Positions 23,520 through 33,835 of a stretch of 64,000 nucleotides of DNA are shown here, one piece after another. The stretch is from an uncultured Elusimicrobia bacterium. GTDB taxonomy: Bacteria; Elusimicrobiota; Elusimicrobia; 2-01-FULL-59-12. The position numbers were made by a program, and so were the translations under genes. Location of the stretch: positions 384,001 to 448,000 of the forward strand of contig OY969767.1 in NCBI GenBank assembly GCA_963702895.1, written 5' to 3'. How positions within the stretch are numbered: position 1 is the stretch's first letter; every line of letters starts with the position of its first letter. The notes beneath the pieces were generated by a model, which saw only the letters and a program-made list of their open reading frames with translations, was not told where the DNA came from and ran no database searches.

Positions 23520-25093
23520 ATCACCTTTGTCGAACGGGGGTCTTTCTGGCCGTCTGTTTTCTCTCCGGTTGCATCACGACGCCTCAGGAGGCGGTCGTGG
23601 CGCCCGTGCACCAGGCCTTGACGAAAGGCGACACCTCCGAGCTGGAACGGGCTTTGAAGAGCCGCAAGCAGCTCCTGGCGCTCAACGACTACGGGGAAAC
23701 GCCTCTACTCTATACCATCAAGCATGGTCAACCAGCCTTTGTGGATCGGTTGCTTTCCAAGGGCGCAGACGTCAATGCTCCCAATCCCCGCACTGGCGAA
23801 ACGCCCCTCATCGCCGCAGTAATAAGTGGCGACCGGGAGATGCTGAAAGAAATAATGGCGCATGGAGCCCAGCTTGACCAAGGCGACAACGAAGGCCTTA
23901 CGCCGCTGGTTTGGGCCTGCCGCAAAGGCGATCTGGAGGCGGTCCGGGCCCTGCTGGGCGCAGCGGATCAGGGGAAAGCCGCCAGCTCACCGGAGACAGT
24001 GCTCGCCGCCGCAAGTTACGGACATGACGGCGTCCTCGAATATTTATTGTCTTTGGGAGCGCCGGTCGATGCCCGGTCTCCCCAGGAGGAAACACCGCTT
24101 ATCCTTGCGGCGAGGTTCGGCCATGAGAAGACCGTGCGCCTCCTGCTTTCCAAGGGAGCCGGGAAGAACGCGCTCGATAAGAACGGCGCCTCCGCCCTGA
24201 CTTGGGCGGCCCGGTTGGGCCGGGTCGGCATCGTGAAAGCGCTTCTTGAACAAAATGTGGCCGTCGACCCCATCGATAAGACGGAACAAACCCCCTTGTC
24301 CCACGCCGTGCGTCTGGGTCACACGGAGGTGGTCCGTGAGCTGGTCGCCAAGGGAGCGAATCTGAATCGGGAGATGAAAGAGGGCGGCAACTTGATGTAT
24401 GAAGCCGCCTTCCAAGACGGCATCGCCCGAAGCCTTCATCAGGCGGGCGCCGGTATCGAAAAAATTCTGGACCGTCAAACGACCTCGCTGGAGGCCGCAG
24501 TGCGCTATTTGTGGATGGCTCAGTTTTATGAGAAGCAGCTCGTTCAAAACGCTGGGAACGCTTCTCTTGACCGAGACCGTGCCGTCCGCTGCTACGAGTG
24601 GGCGGGTGAGTTCTTCAACAAAGCGTCCGAAGAATACGAGCGGACGGCTAAAGAAATTCGAAGTGCCGAGCGATGGGCGATCGTCGGCATGCTGTTTCTT
24701 TCCGCGGCAGCGGACACAGCAGCCTCCATGCAGGCGCAAACCAAAGCCAAACAGATGGCAGAAATTGGCGCGCTCGGCAATGCCAATCGTCACGGAACCG
24801 GTTTGCAGGGCTATTACTCCGCTTTGTCGGCCCGGAAATCCGCCATCCCTTACGCCGCTTATGGTCAAACCCCCATTGGCGCTTCGCTCGGTGGAGTCGT
24901 CCCTCCCTCAAAGGCCATCGACCGATCTCCAACCGCCTACCAGGCGGAGGCGAAGAAATGCCATAAGTCGGCGGAAGGATGCCGTGCGGCGGCGGCATGC
25001 TACGGAAAAGACCATGGGTTCTCAGCGGCGCTACGTGCATGCCTCCGGGAAGCCCATGGAAAGATCCGACACCTCGGGGCCGATCCCATTTAA
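23516..25093 (+). CDS. Ankyrin-repeat lipoprotein
   Basis: Lipobox LSGC; repeated GxTPL..A...G units; ATGA overlap with the upstream gene. Confidence 0.88.
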   Translation: MNHLCRTGVFLAVCFLSGCITTPQEAVVAPVHQALTKGDTSELERALKSRKQLLALNDYGETPLLYTIKHGQPAFVDRLLSKGADVNAPNPRTGETPLIAAVISGDREMLKEIMAHGAQLDQGDNEGLTPLVWACRKGDLEAVRALLGAADQGKAASSPETVLAAASYGHDGVLEYLLSLGAPVDARSPQEETPLILAARFGHEKTVRLLLSKGAGKNALDKNGASALTWAARLGRVGIVKALLEQNVAVDPIDKTEQTPLSHAVRLGHTEVVRELVAKGANLNREMKEGGNLMYEAAFQDGIARSLHQAGAGIEKILDRQTTSLEAAVRYLWMAQFYEKQLVQNAGNASLDRDRAVRCYEWAGEFFNKASEEYERTAKEIRSAERWAIVGMLFLSAAADTAASMQAQTKAKQMAEIGALGNANRHGTGLQGYYSALSARKSAIPYAAYGQTPIGASLGGVVPPSKAIDRSPTAYQAEAKKCHKSAEGCRAAAACYGKDHGFSAALRACLREAHGKIRHLGADPI

Positions 25094-25165
25094 CTTCCCA
25101 GCGTCTGAAACCAATGAACCTGGTCGTTCTTTCGCGCAGCTGTATTTTTTGGATTTTTTTGGTGC

Positions 25166-25288
25166 CTATCACAAAGGGAGAACGTCGGCCATTTCCTGGG
25201 ACAGGCTGGGCCCTCACGACAGACGTTCGCTCTGGGGGCCAGGCCCAGCCTGTCCCAGCAAGTGAGATATCTTTTAGATTTATGACAG
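25166..25288 (+). mobile_element. 123-bp MITE-like repeat (copy 2)
   Basis: Direct copy of 20296-20418. Confidence 0.8.
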
Positions 25289-25637
25289 GCGCCAGTCACT
25301 TATTTCTCTCTTGATCCCGGCCCTGGCCGGAGGCTGCCATGCGGATCCTGCAGCCGGTATGGTGCCTCCAGCTCGGGAACCATTGTTCTATTCCATATGT
25401 TGCATTCTCGAGAGCCGAAGATGAATAATCGATCGTGAACAGGTCATGAGGAGGGATCAATGGATGATCCCGATTTCTCAAGACCAACAGCTTGAATCGC
25501 TTCAATGGAGATAGGTCGCCAAGTCATGGCGCTTTTACGCCGACCAGCTGATCGAAACACGGTGAAGAGGGGGCGACTGGATGAATCCCGCAACATGAAG
25601 CGGCTGAAAAGCCGTGAATGCGTCATAACATAATCTT

Positions 25638-27911
25638 ATGGCAAGCAAAATAATTATCGTGGGCGGCGTGGCGGCGGGGGCAACGGCCGCGGCGAAGGCC
25701 CGCCGGGTCAACGAGCAGGCTGAGATCACGGTCTATGAACGGGGCCCGTATATTTCGTTTGCGAACTGTGGGCTTCCCTATTACGTGGGCGGCACGATTC
25801 CCGAACGCTCAGGTCTCTTGTTGCAGACTCCGGAAGGATTCTGGAAGCGCTACCGGGTCCAGGTTCGGGTTCGCCATGAGGTCACGAAGGTGGACCGCGC
25901 GCTTCGGCAGGTTCACGTCCGGAACCTGGAAACCGGAGAAACCTTCAAGGACCCTTATGACAAGCTCATCCTTTGTCCCGGCGCGGGAGCGATTATCCCG
26001 CCGCTGCCAGGATTGATCCTTTCGTCTCCCCAGGAACCGCTCCGGTTGCCTGAGAACGTTTTTACGGTCAAGACGGTCCCGGACTCTGACGCGATCAAGG
26101 ACTTTCTGGAAAAACAGAAACCCGGGAAAGCCGTGGTCATCGGGGCCGGCTTCATCGGGCTGGAAACCGCGGAAGCTTTGAAAAAACGGGGGCTGCAGGT
26201 GACGATCGTGGAAATGCTCCCCCAGGTTTTGCCGCCGCTGGACGCGGATGTCGCTTCCTTCATGGCCAGGCACATCACCGAACAGGGCGTCGATGTGGTG
26301 CTGGCGGATGCGGTGAAGGCTTTCCATGGGAAGCCGCGCGTCAACGAGATCGAACTGGCGAGCGGTCGGCGCGTGCCGGCGGAGCTCGTCATCCTTTCGA
26401 TCGGCGTGCGGCCGGAACTCGAGCTCGCGCGCGACGCGGGCCTTTCCATCGGGGCATCCGGTGGCATTGACGTCGATGACCGCCAGGCCACGTCCGATCC
26501 GTTGATTTATGCCGCGGGCGATGCGGTGGAAGTGGTGCACCGGGTGACGAAGAAGAAAACGCGTATCGCCATGGCGGGCCCCGCCAATAAGCAGGGGCGC
26601 GTGGCCGGCGCCAACGCGGCCGGAGGCGATTTGAAGTTTCCAGGCGCTCTCGGGACGGCGATTGTGGAGTGCCTCGGAATGACCGCGGCCAAGACAGGGC
26701 TTTCCGAGCGCGAAGCCCGCCAGGCGGGGCTTGATGGCGTTGCCACCTGGACGCACGCGGGCCATCACGCCGGGTATTATCCCGGGAGCGAGATGCTGCA
26801 TATCAAACTGATCAGCGAGCGCGTGACCGGACGGATCCTGGGCGGCCAGATCGTGGGGGCGCAGGGCGTTGACAAGCGCGCGGACGTGCTGGCCACGGCC
26901 CTGGCGGCCGGGATGAAAGTCACGGACCTCGAAAACCTGGATCTGGCTTATGCGCCGCCCTTTTCGTCAGCCAAGGACCCGGTGATCATGTCCGGTTTTG
27001 TGGCGGCCAATGTCCAGCGCGGGGACACCGCCACCCTCACCCCAGAAGAGCTCTTCGCCCGGCAGAAGCGGGACCCCGCCTGCGTGCTGGTGGATGTCCG
27101 CACGCGGAAGGAATTCGAATCCGGAACGCTGGCCGGGGCGGTGAATGTACCCGTCGACGAGCTCCGCGAGCGCATCAACGAGCTTGATCCGGGCCGCGAG
27201 ACCATCGTTTACTGCCGCGTTGGCTATCGGGGGTATCTTGCCGAGCGGATCCTTCGGCAGAACGGCTTTAAGAAAGTCTTTAATTTAACCGGCGGGATGC
27301 TGAGCGTCCCGGCCTCCGCCCTTGCATCCGCCCCCGCTCCCGTCGCAGCGTCGTTACCGAGCGGTCCCGTGTCGGTCGAGGTCCTCAAGCCGCTCGTGGA
27401 TCAGGGGAACGCCGCTTCCGTCGTCGATGTTCGCGAAGCCGGCGAGTATTCCTACGAGCACATCCCGGGAACGACGAATCTTCCGCTCACCCGCTGGCCC
27501 GCGGCGGCGGCCCGCCTGCCGAAGAACCAGGAGATCTATATTCTTTGCCAATCCGGCGTGCGCACGCAGCAGGCCGCTCAAATGCTGGTGGGCGCCGGTT
27601 ACACCCGGGTCCACTGTGTGGACGGCGGGATCTCGGCGTGGACCAAGGCGGGCTTCCCGACTCAAAAGAGCGGCGGGGTGATCCCGATCATGCGCCAGGT
27701 TCAGATCGTTGCGGGAAGCCTGGTGGTCGTCGGGGTTCTGCTCCCGGGCTGGGGATGGACCCTCTCGGCGTTTGTGGGAGCGGGTCTTGTTTTCGCCGGG
27801 GTCAGCGGAACCTGCGGCATGGCTGGCATTCTGGCGAAGATGCCCTGGAACCGGAACTCCGGCGGTTCTTGTGATGCCTCCGGACCGCAACCTCCGAGCT
27901 GTTCTGCCTGA
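25638..27911 (+). CDS. CoA-disulfide/persulfide reductase (Npsr-like) fused to two rhodanese domains and a DUF2892 membrane domain
   Basis: GGVAAG, SFANC, GAGFIG, LAYAPPFS; rhodanese loops CRVGYR and CQSGVR; MRQVQI...GTCGMA YgaP-like tail. Confidence 0.88.
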   Translation: MASKIIIVGGVAAGATAAAKARRVNEQAEITVYERGPYISFANCGLPYYVGGTIPERSGLLLQTPEGFWKRYRVQVRVRHEVTKVDRALRQVHVRNLETGETFKDPYDKLILCPGAGAIIPPLPGLILSSPQEPLRLPENVFTVKTVPDSDAIKDFLEKQKPGKAVVIGAGFIGLETAEALKKRGLQVTIVEMLPQVLPPLDADVASFMARHITEQGVDVVLADAVKAFHGKPRVNEIELASGRRVPAELVILSIGVRPELELARDAGLSIGASGGIDVDDRQATSDPLIYAAGDAVEVVHRVTKKKTRIAMAGPANKQGRVAGANAAGGDLKFPGALGTAIVECLGMTAAKTGLSEREARQAGLDGVATWTHAGHHAGYYPGSEMLHIKLISERVTGRILGGQIVGAQGVDKRADVLATALAAGMKVTDLENLDLAYAPPFSSAKDPVIMSGFVAANVQRGDTATLTPEELFARQKRDPACVLVDVRTRKEFESGTLAGAVNVPVDELRERINELDPGRETIVYCRVGYRGYLAERILRQNGFKKVFNLTGGMLSVPASALASAPAPVAASLPSGPVSVEVLKPLVDQGNAASVVDVREAGEYSYEHIPGTTNLPLTRWPAAAARLPKNQEIYILCQSGVRTQQAAQMLVGAGYTRVHCVDGGISAWTKAGFPTQKSGGVIPIMRQVQIVAGSLVVVGVLLPGWGWTLSAFVGAGLVFAGVSGTCGMAGILAKMPWNRNSGGSCDASGPQPPSCSA

Positions 27912-28064
27912 CGCCTGACCGAACTTCAGGATGAGATCAATCTTGGTGGTTCTTGCGTCACAAAGAAGTCCAGGTGGAAGTCGGATCGTTCAAGGGGGTA
28001 TGCGTGAATCGAAACGCGGCAGGTGGGTTTGAGATGGGAACCTGATCAGTATCCATTCGATGAA

Positions 28065-28790
28065 ATGAACAAGGCTAGGCCGTTCCAGAATGCCGCACAA
28101 GCTGCCAAGGCACTGCGGGCCTTAGCGAGCCCACAGAAAGCCGCCATTTTGCAGCGGTTCTTCAAGACGGGACCCGGCGAGTATGGGGAAGGGGATCAGT
28201 TTATCGGCGTGACGGTGCCGGCGGCGCGGCGTGTGGCCGCAACCTTCAGCGGTCTTTCGCAGCGGGACGTGTCGCGCCTGGCGCGCTCGCCGGTTCACGA
28301 AGAGCGTCTCCTGGGCCTTCTCATCTGGATGCGCCAGTTTTCGCGCGCGGACCCCAAAGGGCGTAAGCTCATCTACGATCTCTACGTTCGCCACATGCCT
28401 TGGATCAACAATTGGGACCTAGTCGATATCAGCTGCCGTGATATCATCGGGGGCTGGCTTGCCTCGCGCAGCCGGGAGCCACTGCATCGCTGGGCGCGTT
28501 CCAAAAGACTTTGGGACCGGCGGGTGGCGATCGTGAGCACGTGGCCCTTCATTCGAGATGGCGATGTCCAAGAGACGCTCCACTTGGCCCTTGTGCTCCT
28601 GCATGATAAGGAAGACCTCATCCACAAGGCCGTGGGATGGATGCTGCGCGAGCTCGGCAAGCGCGACGAACGCGCCCTTCGCGCCTTCTTGGACCGTCAC
28701 GCGGCCAGCATGCCGCGGACGATGCTTCGTTATGCGATTGAACGATTTCCTCCTGCGCAACGACGCCGGTGGATGGGTTTAGCTCCATAA
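28065..28790 (+). CDS. DNA alkylation repair protein (AlkD-like)
   Basis: FFKTGPGEYGEGD, INNWDLVD, KAVGWMLRE, MPRTMLRYAIE. Confidence 0.9.
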   Translation: MNKARPFQNAAQAAKALRALASPQKAAILQRFFKTGPGEYGEGDQFIGVTVPAARRVAATFSGLSQRDVSRLARSPVHEERLLGLLIWMRQFSRADPKGRKLIYDLYVRHMPWINNWDLVDISCRDIIGGWLASRSREPLHRWARSKRLWDRRVAIVSTWPFIRDGDVQETLHLALVLLHDKEDLIHKAVGWMLRELGKRDERALRAFLDRHAASMPRTMLRYAIERFPPAQRRRWMGLAP

Positions 28791-28805
28791 GACGGATGAC
28801 GCAAT

Positions 28806-28847
28806 CCTCACCATCGCGCCGCATCAGGATGGCGTGGGGTTTTTTTT
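28806..28847 (+). terminator. Possible intrinsic terminator
   Basis: Imperfect stem CCTCACCATC...GATGGCGTGGGG followed by a T run after the stop. Confidence 0.45.
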
Positions 28848-28908
28848 ACGGCGGACCTGCCCGCCGTAGCCCTGGTGAAGATGGATGGAGATGTCTCAAG
28901 AGGTGCTT

Positions 28909-29784
28909 ATGAAAATACTCGTGGTGGGAGCGCAAGGGATGCTGGGGCGCCCGGTGGTGCGGCGGCTCGTTCAGGACGGTTTTGCGGTGCGCGCGCTCGC
29001 CCGTGATCCGGCTAAAGCTCGGGCTCGGCTGCCCGCCGCCGTTGAGATTCTGGCCGGCGATCTCAGAGAACCCGCCAGCATCGATCGGGCGCTTGAGGGT
29101 TGCGCCGCGGTGTACCTCTCGGTCGACCATCGGCCAGGGGACAGGTTCCAACCGGAAACGGACGGTCTGGCCAACGTGATTACCGCGGCGCGCAACCATG
29201 CCGGGGTTCGTCTCATGACCATGACGGGCCTGCGCGCTTCCGACCCTGCGTCCGAAAAGCATCCCCGGGAGTATATCCGTGAGAAATTCAAGGCCTATCA
29301 CATCGCGCGACACTCCGGCCTCTCCTGGACGGTCTGGGAACCTACGTGGTTCATGGAATCGATTCCACTCTTTGCCAAGGGTCAAACGATGATCTTCTTT
29401 GGCGGGGTTCGCCTTGAGCCCTGGTGGGTGGCCGGCGACGATTATGCGCGACGGATCTCCAGGGCGCTATCAACAGGATCTGAACAGGAACGGGCTGTTC
29501 CCGTCCAAGGGCCGGAGAAGGTGCCTTGGGCCGAAGCGGCCCGCCGCTTTGCAAAGGCTTGGGGACCGCCGATGCAAGTTCGGCGAATGCCGTTTGTTCT
29601 CCTGCGCGCGCTCGGGGTGTTCAGTGCCGACGCGCGCAAGCTGGCGGCTATCCTCAAAATCTCGGAACAAGTGAATGAGCCGGCGCCCGATCCGGCGCTC
29701 TGGCATGGTCTTGGGGGTCTGCCCCTCAGCATTGAAGGCTACGCCGACTACGTGCGCCGCATCGGCGATTTTCCTCAGAAGTAA
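28909..29784 (+). CDS. NmrA-like atypical SDR / NAD(P)H-binding protein
   Basis: ILVVGAQGMLG Rossmann motif; VRALAR; PTWFME. Confidence 0.85.
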   Translation: MKILVVGAQGMLGRPVVRRLVQDGFAVRALARDPAKARARLPAAVEILAGDLREPASIDRALEGCAAVYLSVDHRPGDRFQPETDGLANVITAARNHAGVRLMTMTGLRASDPASEKHPREYIREKFKAYHIARHSGLSWTVWEPTWFMESIPLFAKGQTMIFFGGVRLEPWWVAGDDYARRISRALSTGSEQERAVPVQGPEKVPWAEAARRFAKAWGPPMQVRRMPFVLLRALGVFSADARKLAAILKISEQVNEPAPDPALWHGLGGLPLSIEGYADYVRRIGDFPQK

Positions 29785-29842
29785 GGATGAGTAGGATGAG
29801 TGATAGGGGACGACCTCGGAAACTCGGAAAAGGAGTCATCCA

Positions 29843-30382
29843 ATGTTAAATGCGTTGAAAAATCAGTTGGTCTTGCTGGCGGAACATTCTGACAATACAT
29901 TGCAGAAGCAAATCAAGAAACGCCTCGGCGCCAAAGCGGCGGCGGAGCTGACTCCGAAACTCCGCAACTTTATTCTGGTCATGCCGGAGATGATTGCTCA
30001 GATTCGCGCCTGGGCAGATCATAAGGAAATTCCTCTCCAAAGCCGCAAGCTGCATGGGTTCTTAATGACGTATCTGTATCACCCGGTGGACTTTCTCCCC
30101 GAGGAGGCCCATGGCTTCTTCGGCTATCTTGACGATGCCTACGTGGTGGGTAGCATCTACTACAAGACGCTTCAGGAGCTTGGGAATGACCATTCCCGGT
30201 TTATCTCCCAGCACAAGGATATCGCGGACCAAGTGGCCGGGTGGCTCGTGGATACGCAGAAGGTCATTCATTCGGTGACCCTTGAGATCGACCGTATGAT
30301 CGATGAGCTGGCGGCGGGTGACGACCATCGCTTTCAACAACTCATGGAACGTCAAAATCAGGTGAAGACAGCGGGGTCTTGA
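29843..30382 (+). CDS. DUF1232/YkvA-family protein
   Basis: YLYHPVDFLPE...FGYLDDA; AAGGAG RBS. Confidence 0.8.
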   Translation: MLNALKNQLVLLAEHSDNTLQKQIKKRLGAKAAAELTPKLRNFILVMPEMIAQIRAWADHKEIPLQSRKLHGFLMTYLYHPVDFLPEEAHGFFGYLDDAYVVGSIYYKTLQELGNDHSRFISQHKDIADQVAGWLVDTQKVIHSVTLEIDRMIDELAAGDDHRFQQLMERQNQVKTAGS

Positions 30383-30430
30383 TCCGGCGCAAGCGGTTCT
30401 TCTGGATATCAATGAATTCGGATCACTGCG

Positions 30431-31834
30431 TTGAACCACGCTTTTCGTCTGTGTCAGATCTTAGAAAGTGGGGCCACTGATATGATCGCATCAAAGTTCG
30501 CCATAGGCAAGGAAGGTCGTTACAAAGGGGCCACGGCCCTGCTGCTACTCTTGGGACTTCTGAGTGTTTGGGTTGAGGCCGCCACCTTTGATAGCACCAT
30601 GCGCTTGGGGGTCTATGCGGCATCGGGTCCGGGCCAGAGGGACCTACATCTGGGCGAGACTCCTTCCCCTGGGGGCCAAGGGATCGAAGTCCCGGCTGCT
30701 AAGAGTTGGTATGTGCGTCCAATCACGGGCTATGAACAGGACTGGCTCAAAAACGTGGCGGTCGAAGTGAAAGCCAAGAAAATCCCGGGACTGTCGCTCA
30801 GCACAAAATCAAAACTTTCCGATGATGATCTACGCGCTCTTTCCGGTCTAGGCCATCTCCAGTATCTCGATCTCGGCCATACCCCTATCGACGGCCAGGG
30901 ACTGCGGCACTTGAGGAGACTCGAACGTCTCAAGTTCCTGGGCCTGGAGTACACCTACGTGACCGATGCCGCCCTGCGGCACGTCGCGGTCTTTAAAGAC
31001 CTGGAAACTCTTGAGTTGGGACACACCGCCGTGACCGATACGGGATTTGCGGCGATTACGACGCTCAAGAACCTGCGCCATGTGTCGTTGGAATACACCT
31101 CGGTGGGCGACGGCATCGCCTCCCCTCTGGCGCGTCTGCAGAATCTCCAATGGGTGCATCTTGGGCATACGCGCATCACCGATGCGGCGATTCCAGCCCT
31201 GGCCCGGCTGCCGGTTCTTGAGTCTTTGTCGTTGAATTACGCCCGCTTAACGGATCGTGGAGTCAGCGCTCTCTCCTCCGCGAGGTCGCTCAAGGTCCTG
31301 CACCTTGACGGCCTCCTGTCCGGGATTTCAAGCCGCAGCCTGCGCGCGTTGGGGCAGCTGCCTTCCCTGCGCGTGCTCTCGATGCGCGCAAGCGGGGCGG
31401 GTGACGCGATGCTCGCGGAGTTCAAGCCCGCCGGCCCTCTCGAGGATCTTGATCTGAATTTCACACGCATCGGCGACGCCGGACTGTCTGTTCTGGCAAG
31501 ATGGACTACGATCAAGCGCCTGCATTTGCGCGCGACATCGGTGTCGGATGAAGGCCTTAAGACCTTGAGCCGTATGCCGTCACTCGAGGTGTTGGATCTC
31601 TCCAACACCCCGATCACCGAAGTAGGGCTGGGAGAACTGGCCGACCTTCCACGGCTTCATGATCTGCATCTTGACGGGGTGCCCTTGACCGACGCGGCCT
31701 TGCAGGCGCTCATGCAGATCCCCTCTCTCGATGTCTTGCATGTGATCGATACGCGCATGACGGCGGCCGGTCTTCAAGACTTCAAAACCCGGCGGCCTGG
31801 GGTCCAGATATTTTCCATGTACGGCCGGATGTAG
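30431..31834 (+). CDS. Leucine-rich-repeat protein (24-aa RNI-like repeats), probably exported
   Basis: About 14 LxxLxLxxTxVTDxGLxxL units; hydrophobic N-terminal segment; start may be 30482. Confidence 0.88.
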   Translation: MNHAFRLCQILESGATDMIASKFAIGKEGRYKGATALLLLLGLLSVWVEAATFDSTMRLGVYAASGPGQRDLHLGETPSPGGQGIEVPAAKSWYVRPITGYEQDWLKNVAVEVKAKKIPGLSLSTKSKLSDDDLRALSGLGHLQYLDLGHTPIDGQGLRHLRRLERLKFLGLEYTYVTDAALRHVAVFKDLETLELGHTAVTDTGFAAITTLKNLRHVSLEYTSVGDGIASPLARLQNLQWVHLGHTRITDAAIPALARLPVLESLSLNYARLTDRGVSALSSARSLKVLHLDGLLSGISSRSLRALGQLPSLRVLSMRASGAGDAMLAEFKPAGPLEDLDLNFTRIGDAGLSVLARWTTIKRLHLRATSVSDEGLKTLSRMPSLEVLDLSNTPITEVGLGELADLPRLHDLHLDGVPLTDAALQALMQIPSLDVLHVIDTRMTAAGLQDFKTRRPGVQIFSMYGRM

Positions 31835-31839
31835 GCTCC

Positions 31840-32304
31840 ATGCGAATTCCTGTGGAAAGAATGCGGCGCGTCCTTCTGCCTGGCCTCCTTGGATTTCCAT
31901 TGTGGTTGGGCGGCTGCGCCGGAGGGGTCGCGTATCGGCCGACCGAACCCCCGGCTTCTGCGATGACCCAATCCCAAGCGATAGCGGAGGCGTCTCAGTT
32001 GAGTGGTCAAGCGACGGTCTGTCATGCCAATCTCTGTCATTGGGAGTTCCACGGCATGGAAGCCTCACCGCAAGAGATGGCGGTGACGCTGCAGAAAGGA
32101 ACCGCCGACCGGAGAACGATCTACCATTGCCCGTGGCGGGCCATGAAGAATCTCCACGTGCTGGATTTCTCGGATCTGCAGCACCCGCACAGCTACTACG
32201 TGAAGCTCAAGCCGGCTTGCGACATCTGGCTCGGATGGAAGACGCTGGAGGATGCGCGCCGGTTCGCCGATGCGGCCTTTTGGCTTCACACCCAGGCCGA
32301 GTAA
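31840..32304 (+). CDS. Hypothetical lipoprotein
   Basis: Lipobox LGGC; follows the LRR gene by 5 nt. Confidence 0.6.
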   Translation: MRIPVERMRRVLLPGLLGFPLWLGGCAGGVAYRPTEPPASAMTQSQAIAEASQLSGQATVCHANLCHWEFHGMEASPQEMAVTLQKGTADRRTIYHCPWRAMKNLHVLDFSDLQHPHSYYVKLKPACDIWLGWKTLEDARRFADAAFWLHTQAE

Positions 32305-32651
32305 GGCTTGAGTCATCCGGCTCGAATGTAGCGCGCCTTGCGTTCCAGAGTAAAACGGTATCACCTATAGAATGAATTTTTGTTTTCGCAACGGTAGTGC
32401 GTTTTTTTGACTATGAGCCGGGAAAGTTCGGTTGACTGTGGTTGATCGACTGAGACATCGGGACTTTTTAGTGCCGTCATCCCCCACGGTCGTAAGTGGG
32501 GGATCTATCATATTTTTATGTCGATGATAGACCCCCGCTTACGATCCGCGGGGGTGACGTCAACAGAGCGTAATATGAAAGCGGGCCTCAAGAGAGTTAT
32601 AAACAAGGCTGTCGGTAAAGACACCTTAATAACCCCAGGAGGCCCAAAATC

Positions 32652-33695
32652 ATGATATCCATCGGCATTGATCATCACAAGAAGTATTGTCAGGTTGTGG
32701 CTATGAGGGAGTCTGGCGAGATTGTATGGGAAGGTCAAGTCCCCACACGGCGAGAAGGTCTTGCACAAGTTAAAGAGGCGATTCCTCCAGGAGAACCGGT
32801 GCAAAGTGTATTGGAATCTGGACGGAGCTGGGGCATTGCCTATGACATTCTGGAAGATCTCGGGATGAATCCGGTGTTGGCCAATCCGTACAAAACTCGG
32901 TTGATCGCGGATTCGTACATCAAGACGGACAAGATTGATGCGACGGCACAGGCGGTGTTGTTGCGATTAGGGATGACGCCGATGATTCACGTTCCCGCGC
33001 GTGACCGACGAGAGCAGAAGTCGTTATTGCGACATCGATTGTGGTTGGTCAAAAGCCAAACGCTGATCAAGAATCGGATTCATGATTTACTGGACCGGCT
33101 GCATGTGGACGTGCCCAAGCGCAGCGATCTGTTTGGGGCTCATGGGAGGGCGTGGCTGAAGGAGTTGATTCTTCCCGAGATGCATCAACACCTGCTCAAG
33201 TCGCATATGGCCTTGTTGGATGAGGTTCGGCTTCAGGTCCGAGCAACCGAAGAGTGGATTGATCGTGTCTTAAGCGAACACCCCTTACGAGAGCTTGTCG
33301 ATTCTTTTCCTGGGGTAGGCAAGATCTTGAGCGCCCTGATGTCGCTGGAAATTGACCAGATCGAGCGATTTCCGTCGGCTTCGCGCTTTGCGTCTTACTG
33401 TGGGTTGGTGTGTAGCACGTATAGCTCAGGCGGTAAAACGTACCACGGGGGATTGATCCCGTCCTGCAATCGATACCTGCGCTATGCGTTTATTGAGGCA
33501 TCGTGGACGGCTGTTCAGGTGTCTCCCTATTTTCGATCGTTCTATCAGCGTTTGAAGACACGGAAGACCGCCTCAGTCGCGATTGTGGCGGTGGCGCGAA
33601 AGATGGCAGAGATTATGTGGGTGTGCTTAAAGAACAAGCGGAAGTACCAAGAGAAAGTGTATCGATTTGGTCGAGTCGCCTTGTCGAAATCTTAA
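32652..33695 (+). CDS. IS110-family DEDD recombinase
   Basis: IGIDHH, VLESG, KTDKIDA, PGVG, YSSGGK; AGGAGG RBS. Confidence 0.95.
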   Translation: MISIGIDHHKKYCQVVAMRESGEIVWEGQVPTRREGLAQVKEAIPPGEPVQSVLESGRSWGIAYDILEDLGMNPVLANPYKTRLIADSYIKTDKIDATAQAVLLRLGMTPMIHVPARDRREQKSLLRHRLWLVKSQTLIKNRIHDLLDRLHVDVPKRSDLFGAHGRAWLKELILPEMHQHLLKSHMALLDEVRLQVRATEEWIDRVLSEHPLRELVDSFPGVGKILSALMSLEIDQIERFPSASRFASYCGLVCSTYSSGGKTYHGGLIPSCNRYLRYAFIEASWTAVQVSPYFRSFYQRLKTRKTASVAIVAVARKMAEIMWVCLKNKRKYQEKVYRFGRVALSKS

Positions 33696-33835
33696 CGGGC
33701 GGTTGCGTTTAAACTGAGCGTAAGGGACTCGACCTCGAACTATTACAGTGTCCAGACGATGTGGACGAAGAAAAGTGTGAGTTCAGCTTAACGACAAACG
33801 TCGGGGCGAACACCGAGGACGCTTACCACACTTTA
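33669..33835 (+). ncRNA. Predicted seek/bridge RNA of the IS1111-type element
   Basis: Stem GGTCGAGTC/GACTCGACC encloses GAAATCTT and AACTGA (target matches); stem AAGTGTG/CACACTT encloses TTCAG and ACGCTT (junction matches). Confidence 0.7.
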
